Assembly (NCBI GenBank): GCA_964554355.1
Contig: CAZKOK010000001.1
Coordinates: 1-27,222 of the forward strand
From: an uncultured Spirochaetia bacterium
GTDB lineage: Bacteria; Spirochaetota; Spirochaetia; CAZKOK01
Direction: 5' to 3'
DNA: 27,222 bases
Shown: positions 17,799 through 24,775 of the stretch, piece after piece
Position numbering within the stretch: position 1 is the first letter of the stretch
Layout: every line of letters starts with the position of its first letter
The notes under the pieces: model-generated
What the model was told of the DNA's origin: nothing
The model's input: only the letters and a program-made list of their open reading frames with translations
Databases searched by the model: none
Position numbers and translations under genes: made by a program

Positions 17799-18176
17799 TT
17801 ATTTCTGTCCTGTCTCTTTCTGCAGATTCTCACATTCCGCCTGATTATCTTTCAGTTCACATTCGCTGCCGCTGTCGATTTCAGCATCTATACCTTTAAG
17901 GAAGGCAAGCGTATCCATGCCGTATTTTTCAAGAGATTTCGTATTGACTGAATAATGAATATGATAACCCCTGCGGTCGGCAACAACCAGACCACTGTTT
18001 TTAAGCACCTTAAGATGCTGCGAAACCGCCGGCTGACTGATATCAAGCTTGGCGGCAATCATCCCGACACACAGGTTGTTTCCGCTTTTTGAAATGAGTC
18101 TGAGGATCTTCAGCCTGCTCGGGTCGCCAAGTGCCTTGAAAACCTCTGCCGTATTGTTTACAAATGAATCGGACAT
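17799..18176 (-). CDS. ArsR/SmtB family regulator
   Basis: VFKALGDPSRLKILRLI...LCVGMIAAKLDISQPAVSQHLKVLKNSGLV...RRGYHIHY, with two further Cys in the C-terminal tail and a GGAGGT RBS. Confidence 0.95.
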   Translation of the reverse strand: MSDSFVNNTAEVFKALGDPSRLKILRLISKSGNNLCVGMIAAKLDISQPAVSQHLKVLKNSGLVVADRRGYHIHYSVNTKSLEKYGMDTLAFLKGIDAEIDSGSECELKDNQAECENLQKETGQK

Positions 18177-18198
18177 ATTGTCACCTCCGTATAACTAC

Positions 18199-18243
18199 AT
18201 AAGCAATTACTTATACTCTAATATATTTTTATTGCCATGTCAA
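18199..18243 (-). promoter_or_regulatory. ArsR operon promoter and operator
   Basis: TTGACA (18238-18243) - N17 - TAGAGT (18215-18220). The palindrome ATAAG-caatta-CTTAT (18199-18214) lies directly downstream of the -10. Confidence 0.72.
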
Positions 18244-18254
18244 CTGCTTCTTTT

Positions 18255-18442
18255 TTTGAACCAGAGAGGTCACAGAGAGACATCGGTGATTCAAATTAAT
18301 CGGTATCCCATCAAATATAGTCTTTTAATTGGATTATATTTTTTGTTTTTCCCAAACCATAAAATAATTTTGGAATAAACAGGCGATATCATGGATATTG
18401 ATAAAGCTTTCAATAAAAACTCTGTGCCCTCTGTGGTTCAAA
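18255..18442. repeat. 188-bp element bounded by 23-bp imperfect terminal inverted repeats (REP/MITE-like)
   Basis: TTTGAACCAGAGAGGTCACAGAG (18255-18277) matches the reverse complement of CTCTGTGCCCTCTGTGGTTCAAA (18420-18442) at 21 of 23 positions. The interior is AT-rich and non-coding. Confidence 0.7.
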
Positions 18443-18618
18443 GGTTCAAAAAACCAAAATATCTGTTAAAAAAACAGAACTTTCAATAATCCATCCGCTG
18501 AATCTTTCGTCTTCATTTCCCGAAAAAAAAACATCTCAAAATTGGCAATCAAAAAAAGAATCTATTGGAATTATCAATAGAAAACAAAATATTCCTGTTA
18601 TTTTTGAGGAGTTATACA

Positions 18619-18714
18619 ATGAAACGCTATTTCATGATTTTTATACTGCTGCTTCTCTTTCTTCCTGTCTTCGGACAGTCAGACGAAAAGCCGACACTGG
18701 CATATTCAGGATAA
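18619..18714 (+). pseudogene. 5' fragment of a secreted protein (signal peptide plus about 8 residues)
   Basis: GAGGAG RBS, then MKRYFMIFILLLLFLPVFG-QSDEKPTLA. The ORF then runs into the antisense of the hydrogenase-like remnant and stops (YSG*). It is too short for the ORF track. Confidence 0.65.
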
Positions 18715-18965
18715 TATTCCATTATCAGCTTGATTGTATGAAGCATCGGGCTGTCGGCCAGAAATGCTGCAAAATCATCCTGGCACTGCCCGGCATCATG
18801 CGTGCATGCATCTATGCAGCTTCCGCAGCCGATGCACAGCTCATGATTTATTTTTACCGTTTCTCTGCTTCCGTTTATGCAGTACTTTACGGGACATACG
18901 CTTATGCACTGATGACAATTAACACAATTATTTTCATCACCCTGGATCACGGGGCTTAAAATCAT
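18627..18965 (-). pseudogene. Remnant of a 2[4Fe-4S] / [FeFe]-hydrogenase-like (group C, sensory) protein
   Basis: GGAG RBS before ATG 18965 and two ferredoxin motifs, CVNCHQCISVCP and CIGCGSCIDAC. DDFAAFLAD is joined directly to SPMLHTIKLIMEYYPEY, which normally lies about 100 aa further into the hydrogenase-like domain. The tail is the antisense of the 18619 gene. Confidence 0.78.
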
Positions 18966-19129
18966 ACCAATATCTCCAAAATCTATATGCATATTAAGTA
19001 AAATAAAAAAGAAGACAGAATTCTCATTAATCAGGTTATTTTTTGATTAATTCTGTGTTTTGCGGACACTTTCCGGCTTTCTTGACAAAGCAACGATAAC
19101 AGCAATAATGTTTACATGGAGATAATTGA

Positions 19130-19651
19130 ATGAAAAAAAGATATCTTGTTTTTATCATGCTGGCTGTAATGTCCTGCGGCAGCAAGGCTTCGGATGAGGA
19201 AATCAGCATTCTGGACGACAGCCAGGCTGAATCCGTTACTCTTGCAGGATTTTCATTCAGAATTCCCAAAAAATGGAAAACAGAAAAAATATCCGAAACG
19301 GGTGTTATTGCCGGTGTGGAAGTAAAAATACTTGATTCGTTTACCAACCGGGAAATGGTTATCAATGCATCCAGTCTGAAAGTTAAGGAAGATACCGGTC
19401 TTAAAAGTCTGGATGGGTATTTTTATGCCGTTTCACAGGCTTTTTCGGAATCCGAAGCGAATTTGTCGCAGACACAGATTAACGATATATCAGTAAAAAG
19501 CATCCGCCTGATTGATGAAGGTCTGGTAATACTCAAATCGGTTTTTTATGAAAAAACACGCGGGGTTTTTCAACTTGATTTTATATTTCCTGTAGATTCT
19601 TTCGATAAATACTCGCAGATGATATCGGACATTGTCAGTACAATAAAATAG
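19130..19651 (+). CDS. Lipoprotein of unknown function (possibly PsbP/DcrB-like fold)
   Basis: Lipobox LAVMS-C and a GGAG RBS. AGFSFRIPKKWK near the N-terminus and the C-terminal FQLDF strand pattern are reminiscent of PsbP-like proteins. Confidence 0.8.
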   Translation: MKKRYLVFIMLAVMSCGSKASDEEISILDDSQAESVTLAGFSFRIPKKWKTEKISETGVIAGVEVKILDSFTNREMVINASSLKVKEDTGLKSLDGYFYAVSQAFSESEANLSQTQINDISVKSIRLIDEGLVILKSVFYEKTRGVFQLDFIFPVDSFDKYSQMISDIVSTIK

Positions 19652-19687
19652 CATGACCGGCCGGTCTGCGGAACATTCTGAATGTGC

Positions 19688-20791
19688 TTAACTGGATTCC
19701 CGACAGACTTTCTCAACCCATTTCCTGTTGTTCCACAGGGCGCATCCGCCCTGGTCTTCAAACAGGTTTTCATGATTGTCACGTATGGTTTTCAGAAATT
19801 CTGACTGCAGGGCTTTTTCAAGAGAAACATCTTTCAGCGAATCCCTGGAAAAAGGAGCAAAAGGACACGGCTCAAGTTCTCCTGCCGGATTCACATGGAA
19901 AAACCCGCGGCCGGCAGACAGACAGCCGCCCATTTCCGATTCATCACCCGGGAAAGATACAAACATGGCAGGAATCCTTTTCCTTAAAAAAGAAAGGTCC
20001 TCTTCCATTTTTTCTCTTTCTTCCCTCGAAAGACAGAGCTGTTCAGTTCCCTCTTCGAAAGGTACATATTCATTATAAAAAAACAGTTTTACTCCCTTTT
20101 TCAAAAGGTCCGAAAGATATCCGGGATCGGTAATTACGTCATAATTCTCTGTTGTCACTGTAAATGATACGCCGGTAAAGACATTGTTTTTCCTAAGCAG
20201 ACTTAATTTTTCAAGTACTTTTTCATGTATTTTCAGCCCGCGGCGCTTGTCTGTCTGATCTTCGGTCCCTTCAATACTCAATACAGGCACAATGTTTGGC
20301 TGTTTTCTGAAATACTGCACGATATTTTCATTTATCAGCAGGCCGTTGCTGAATACAGGAAACAGCATTGAAGGAAATTTAGCCGTCAGGTCAAAAAGGC
20401 CGTCCCTTTTCAGGGGTTCACCGCCGGCAATCAGGGAAATGGATGTTCCAATCTCCTCCGCTTGTCTCAATATTGATTCAAGTTCAGGATCGGTCATCTC
20501 TTTTTTCGAAGAATCATGATTTATTTTTGAGTAGCATCCTGCACAGTTAAGATTGCATCTGCCGGTTACGCTTACGATCATAAAAGGCGGAATATTGATT
20601 CCCTTTCTTTCTTTCAGCCTTCTTAATTTTGCGGCCTTTCTCTGTCTTGCGATAAAACGCATAAGGAAAAGGAAAAACCTCGGCCGCTTAAGCGAAACTT
20701 TTAAAGCCGCCTTAAACAGATCCGTTATGCCCTTTTCCAGCGGCACCCTGAAACCAAGGTCTGTTTTTCCAGTCTGAAATATATTATCCAA
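19688..20791 (-). CDS. Radical SAM protein with a C-terminal SPASM/twitch-like region
   Basis: CNLNCAGC (CX3CX2C), GGEPL, FSNGLLI, SIEG, TDKRRG and C-terminal GGCLSAGRGFFHVNPAGELEPCPF...GGC. Start placed at TTG 20791 behind GGGGGAG; the track's 20986 start lacks an RBS. Confidence 0.9.
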   Translation of the reverse strand: MDNIFQTGKTDLGFRVPLEKGITDLFKAALKVSLKRPRFFLFLMRFIARQRKAAKLRRLKERKGINIPPFMIVSVTGRCNLNCAGCYSKINHDSSKKEMTDPELESILRQAEEIGTSISLIAGGEPLKRDGLFDLTAKFPSMLFPVFSNGLLINENIVQYFRKQPNIVPVLSIEGTEDQTDKRRGLKIHEKVLEKLSLLRKNNVFTGVSFTVTTENYDVITDPGYLSDLLKKGVKLFFYNEYVPFEEGTEQLCLSREEREKMEEDLSFLRKRIPAMFVSFPGDESEMGGCLSAGRGFFHVNPAGELEPCPFAPFSRDSLKDVSLEKALQSEFLKTIRDNHENLFEDQGGCALWNNRKWVEKVCRESS

Positions 20792-21030
20792 GATAAATCT
20801 CCCCCTGTCCCGGACAATGAAATATAATTGATACTGATAAAATAGGGATAAATCAGCCTGCAGGCAAATAATTTTTTTCTGCAAAGTGATATTCTGCGGA
20901 AAAAGCCGCGCCTGATACCCTGCATTCGGGAATAAAAAAGGGTTTATATATGAATATTCCCTGCCAGATGGTTCATTATTGCCCAAATTTAAGCTTTACA
21001 ATCGGGAAATATGGTTATTAAATATAAATA

Positions 21031-21561
21031 ATGAAAAAACTGGTTATTGACGACTCAAACATGATCTTTGATTCCGCAGGTATGAGTTACAGGGAGTTTC
21101 CAAGCGATTTCGATAAAATCCGAGAATACACTAAAGAAATCCTTAAAAACGCCTCAAAAAAAATCCTTGAAGGAAACCTTCTTGAGCAGCAGCTGTCGGA
21201 AATAATCAAAAACGGGATAAAGCACGGAAACAAGTGCAATCCTGAAAAGAAGATAAAAATCTGGTTCAATCTTAAAAAAGAAGCAAGATTTATAATCGAA
21301 GACGAAGGGGCGGGCTTTAAAAACCTTGAAGAGTGGAACAGATTCTATAAGGAACGGCAGAAAGCCCTGGAAAAGGAAGAATACGAAAAATTCTATTCCA
21401 TGCTTAATTTTAAAACTACAGGCAGCAGACCTGAAGACGGCGGCAATTCGCTGATAGCAGCTCTCGAATACTGGAACGGCGGAATAATTTACAATAAAAA
21501 GAAAAACAAGATCGGCGTTGTCCGCACTGTCAACGGTAATCAGCCCGGAAAGAAACCCTGA
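21031..21561 (+). CDS. Stand-alone HATPase_c (anti-sigma/RsbW-like Ser kinase) protein
   Basis: N-box LSEIIKNGIKHGN and G1 box IIEDEGAGF, with no HisKA domain. Confidence 0.82.
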   Translation: MKKLVIDDSNMIFDSAGMSYREFPSDFDKIREYTKEILKNASKKILEGNLLEQQLSEIIKNGIKHGNKCNPEKKIKIWFNLKKEARFIIEDEGAGFKNLEEWNRFYKERQKALEKEEYEKFYSMLNFKTTGSRPEDGGNSLIAALEYWNGGIIYNKKKNKIGVVRTVNGNQPGKKP

Positions 21562-21563
21562 GT

Positions 21564-22061
21564 TCAGTTCTCCTCATCTGTCTCAGTATTCAGTATTTTA
21601 TATGTTACCTCATCCTGCACAAGAAATACCATTATTTCCTGTCCGCCGAAACCTTGCACGCTGCAGCCTGCCCGGATAATTACCGCTTTCTGATCGGCCG
21701 GAAACTTCACATTTTCCAGACTCTCCTTAAAAGGCTGCTCATCAATATGAGGCTTAAGCAGTATCTTTCCGGCCAGCACTTTTCCTGATTCCGGATCAAT
21801 TATCTGCAGGCAGTCGGCATAATGGTCCGGACCTGTATCATTATGAAGAACTGTTACAGAGACAATCCAGACACTGCCGGTTTTTATCCCTTCTGCCGCA
21901 ACGACATGTGCATATTCAGGATCGAGTTTTTCAACATCATATTCTGTTTCAATTTTAAAGTTTTTTACCGGAATCAGGTTTTTGCCGATTGAAGTGAACA
22001 GCAGTAAAACCGGGATCAGGACCAAAAGGGTATAAAAAAATCTTTTACAGATCTTCATCAT
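21564..22061 (-). CDS. Exported/membrane-anchored protein of unknown function
   Basis: N-terminal hydrophobic segment, then AHVVAA...VSVTVLHNDTGPDHYAD...PHIDEQPF...IRA...GFGGQE, resembling a widespread uncharacterised family. Confidence 0.75.
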   Translation of the reverse strand: MMKICKRFFYTLLVLIPVLLLFTSIGKNLIPVKNFKIETEYDVEKLDPEYAHVVAAEGIKTGSVWIVSVTVLHNDTGPDHYADCLQIIDPESGKVLAGKILLKPHIDEQPFKESLENVKFPADQKAVIIRAGCSVQGFGGQEIMVFLVQDEVTYKILNTETDEEN

Positions 22062-22065
22062 TAAT

Positions 22066-22094
22066 AATATACACTCGCGGAAAAGTTATGGCAA
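22066..22094 (-). promoter_or_regulatory. Sigma70-type promoter giving a probably leaderless mRNA
   Basis: TTGCCA (22089-22094) - N17 - TATATT (22066-22071). ATGs lie at 22061 and 22058 with no SD. Confidence 0.55.
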
Positions 22095-22115
22095 AGATAA
22101 AAGTCAATCCGTAGC

Positions 22116-22158
22116 AATTCTCAATATGATGTTCGTTTAAAACATCATATTGAGAATT
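22116..22158. repeat. Perfect 18-bp inverted repeat, 7-nt loop
   Basis: AATTCTCAATATGATGTT-cgtttaa-AACATCATATTGAGAATT. Confidence 0.9.
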
Positions 22159-22192
22159 TGCCTGCTTTCATATACCTAAATAAGGAAAGTGT

Positions 22193-22216
22193 GGCATAAA
22201 ATTATAATTTTATGCC
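22193..22216. repeat. Perfect 24-bp palindrome
   Basis: GGCATAAAATTATAATTTTATGCC equals its own reverse complement. Confidence 0.9.
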
Positions 22217-22319
22217 TTATGTCGGTCTATCCAAAATAATAATCCCACTGACACAGGATGTATTCATCTCTTTTTCCGTTCACAATGGCAAAAGTTCTCA
22301 CTAAATTTAAAACTACTGG

Positions 22320-23147
22320 TCAATCCGCGAATCTCATCAGACTGCCTTTTTCAAAAATCCATTCAGGGGTCCTCAGTTTTCCGGAGAAATCCAGGGGATA
22401 CCAGGGACTCTGGTCCGGATCATTCGGGTTTATCAGGACCTGGATTTCCTGCGCCGGCATGTAACTCTGAATCAGAAGGAATATTTTCTTTCCGGATTTA
22501 ATATCTTCGGCCATATCGGCAACCATTACCGAATGTCCCGGGGACCCTCCCTTGATAAATATGTCACCGATCTGCATGTCTTCAAGCCTGACAGGCACAA
22601 GTTCCTTTGAAAGCGAATAGGTACCGGCATAGCTGAATATTATCTGAAGATAGTCCCACAAATCATCATATGTATTCGAAGGAGGTTTTTTTTCAACCCA
22701 CCAGGTATCATTTCCATTTACAGCTATTCTCCGGCCCTTCATCCATTCACCGTAATCAACACGGAAACCATTGGTAAAATTAAAATGAATTTCTGAGTAA
22801 AGTCCCATATTCCATAAATATTCCGCCCGCAGCCGCATCAGCGCATCAGCGCACTGATGAAGGTCCTTATCTCCGATCGGCAGATCAATCACCGCCATAT
22901 ATACGCCGTAAGCGCTTTTCTCCCTGCCGTCAAACAGAAGCACTTTGGCGTCGTCCGGTTTCAGCGGAAGGTCCCGCAGGCAGACGGCAAAAGATCCGTC
23001 TTTTTCAGCGGTTCTGGCAAATCCATCCGGTACATTGATCCGTGATGAAAGCGTCATTCCTTCGGTATTAATTGCCTCCCGGTCTTCCTGTGCACAGGCA
23101 AAGACCATCACCAGGAAAAAAAGGGCAGCTGTAAAAGTGCTTTTCAT
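22320..23147 (-). CDS. DUF4846 domain-containing exported protein
   Basis: Signal peptide, then RINVPDGF...LRDLPLK...DLHQCADALMRLRAEYL...YAGTYSL...GGSPGH...QSYMPAQEI...TPEWIF. Confidence 0.88.
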   Translation of the reverse strand: MKSTFTAALFFLVMVFACAQEDREAINTEGMTLSSRINVPDGFARTAEKDGSFAVCLRDLPLKPDDAKVLLFDGREKSAYGVYMAVIDLPIGDKDLHQCADALMRLRAEYLWNMGLYSEIHFNFTNGFRVDYGEWMKGRRIAVNGNDTWWVEKKPPSNTYDDLWDYLQIIFSYAGTYSLSKELVPVRLEDMQIGDIFIKGGSPGHSVMVADMAEDIKSGKKIFLLIQSYMPAQEIQVLINPNDPDQSPWYPLDFSGKLRTPEWIFEKGSLMRFAD

Positions 23148-23213
23148 AATATTATCCTCATTCCGTCCTGAATTAATTTTACATGATAAATCATTATTTG
23201 CATTTCATAAAAA

Positions 23214-24269
23214 TCAGTCATTGATATAAAGCATCAGAAGCGCGGACAAATCGTTCAGTCTTTTTATATTCACCCTGTATGTGATATTTCTGTTGTCGAG
23301 GCTCTGCTCTTCTATAATTCCGGCATCGCGCAGCTGGGCAAGGTGCCGGGAAATGACAGACGGCGACAACACCAGTTTTTCGGCCAGCATTTTCCCGTTT
23401 ATGGAAAAAGCCTCATCTGCAATATGTTTGATTATCTTCAGCCTGTTTTCGTCATTCAGGGCCCTTATTATGCCCATTACACTCTTTTTAGCCTCGTCAA
23501 TTTCATGTATCTTCTTTTCAGTCCTGGTGGCATCAAAAAGAACAGTAATATTCCCCCAGCCGAAATATGTCCTCTGATGGCGCGCCATGCGGGTAATCGG
23601 GATATATACAATTTCACGGTAAGGCATCCCTTCGGGAAGTTCTTCAGGCAGCAGCTCTTTTCCTGAAATCAGCCTGTACAGTTTTGTTCCGCCATGTCTG
23701 CGCAGATAATGTTCCTGTTCCTCAATTCCCTGTTCCCAGACCGGCCTGCATTGTTCAATTTTCTGTTCAAAAGCCTTTTTCCAGAAAACTTCAAGCAGAG
23801 AGACCAGCCTGTCCCTCATTTCAGCCGCATGACCCATCCAGACCGGCTCCGATCCTATCGAGCATGAACAGTAGTCCCTGTACTGTGGATATTTGTCCAG
23901 CAGCCTGTTAAGATCATCAAATGTGAAATTGCTGTTTATCTCTTCTTTTGGCAGGACCCGTCCAAGAAGATAGAATACGAATTCATTTTCTTTCAGGCCG
24001 CTGATATAGTCAAGAAAACCCCGGATATCATTTTTTTCAGGATATTCTATGGCAATCTCGACAAAATCACATCCCATGTGAAACTGCCGGAAATATTCAG
24101 TTAACTCGTTTACAAAAGGCTGGCCGAGAACATCAGTCATCTCTTTTTTATAATCATTACTCTGCCAGGAATAGGTCAGGGCCTGTATCCACATGACCAT
24201 TTCCATTACTGAAGAAGTCTGGAATCGGGTAATATTCAAAAGACTGTCAGGTTCCTGCTGTAAAGGCAT
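23214..24269 (-). CDS. Large ArsR-type winged-helix regulator (N-terminal sensor domain, C-terminal HTH)
   Basis: C-terminal IRALNDENRLKIIKHI...LAEKLVLSPSVISRHLAQLRDAGII...NITYRVN, preceded by about 260 aa of unrecognised N-terminal domain. Confidence 0.85.
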   Translation of the reverse strand: MPLQQEPDSLLNITRFQTSSVMEMVMWIQALTYSWQSNDYKKEMTDVLGQPFVNELTEYFRQFHMGCDFVEIAIEYPEKNDIRGFLDYISGLKENEFVFYLLGRVLPKEEINSNFTFDDLNRLLDKYPQYRDYCSCSIGSEPVWMGHAAEMRDRLVSLLEVFWKKAFEQKIEQCRPVWEQGIEEQEHYLRRHGGTKLYRLISGKELLPEELPEGMPYREIVYIPITRMARHQRTYFGWGNITVLFDATRTEKKIHEIDEAKKSVMGIIRALNDENRLKIIKHIADEAFSINGKMLAEKLVLSPSVISRHLAQLRDAGIIEEQSLDNRNITYRVNIKRLNDLSALLMLYIND

Positions 24270-24306
24270 CAGCGCTGCTCCCGGAAAGTATTATACCCTT
24301 AATCGA

Positions 24307-24495
24307 TTACAATTGCCATAAATAGCTGAACAGAATGGCTGCATACAGTTTTCTGCTTAAATGATCAGGATTATTATCATGATGATGTTTTTCATGTATT
24401 TGTCTGACCATGCTGCAAAGCCTGCATTTTTCGGCTTCGACAAGAATATCATGACTCTTTTCCTTATAAAAATAATAATAATCAAAACCCGCCAT
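24307..24495 (-). CDS. Small protein (62 aa) upstream of the ArsR-type regulator
   Basis: AGGAGG 5 nt before the ATG and a position directly behind a strong promoter. Sequence MAGFDYYYFYKEKSHDILVEAEKCRLC...HEKHHHD. Confidence 0.62.
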   Translation of the reverse strand: MAGFDYYYFYKEKSHDILVEAEKCRLCSMVRQIHEKHHHDNNPDHLSRKLYAAILFSYLWQL

Positions 24496-24551
24496 AACGG
24501 CCTCCTGCCCTGTATTATATTCTTATGCTGCCAATCAATTGCAATATATTA

Positions 24552-24607
24552 CAGTTGCACACTTGTGCAACTGACAATAATATACACCTGTTATTCTGAT
24601 ATGTCAA
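24552..24607 (-). promoter_or_regulatory. Promoter with an operator-like palindrome at +1
   Basis: TTGACA (24602-24607) - N17 - TATATT (24579-24584). The perfect inverted repeat CAGTTGCACA-ct-TGTGCAACTG lies at 24552-24573. Confidence 0.78.
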
Positions 24608-24775
24608 GTCCGCTCAGTGAATTTATATGAAGATTTCAAATTTTGCAGGACAGGGTTGCCCCATAACCCCCAACGACTATTATACTCATACAAAGTTTCG
24701 CATGGTAATCTGATGATTTTTCACTTGATAAAATGCCCTTTGCGTGAGTTATTTATGGCTGTTATTATGATAGAT

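Noticed and set aside
16607-18378. Plus-strand ORFs overlapping the permease/ArsR cluster (16607, 16914, 16925, 17104, 17593, 18049)
   Set aside because: Antisense shadows of well-supported minus-strand genes, lacking RBS and motifs.
18627-18965. Functional [FeFe] hydrogenase
   Set aside because: All H-cluster ligand motifs are missing, and only the ferredoxin domain and a short internal segment remain.
19656-19667. GACCGGCCGGTC palindrome between convergent genes
   Set aside because: It is 12 bp with no loop or U tract, so a terminator or operator role cannot be supported.
22219-22230. GTCGGTCTAT resembling the TetR 5915 operator
   Set aside because: Half-site only; the ATAGAC arm is absent.
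24653-24708. Second minus-strand promoter (TTACCA-N18-TATAAT) followed by a G-rich GGGTT/AACCC hairpin, as a possible sRNA
   Set aside because: The stem is only 5 bp, there is no terminator, and no known RNA family is recognisable. Too weak without transcript data.
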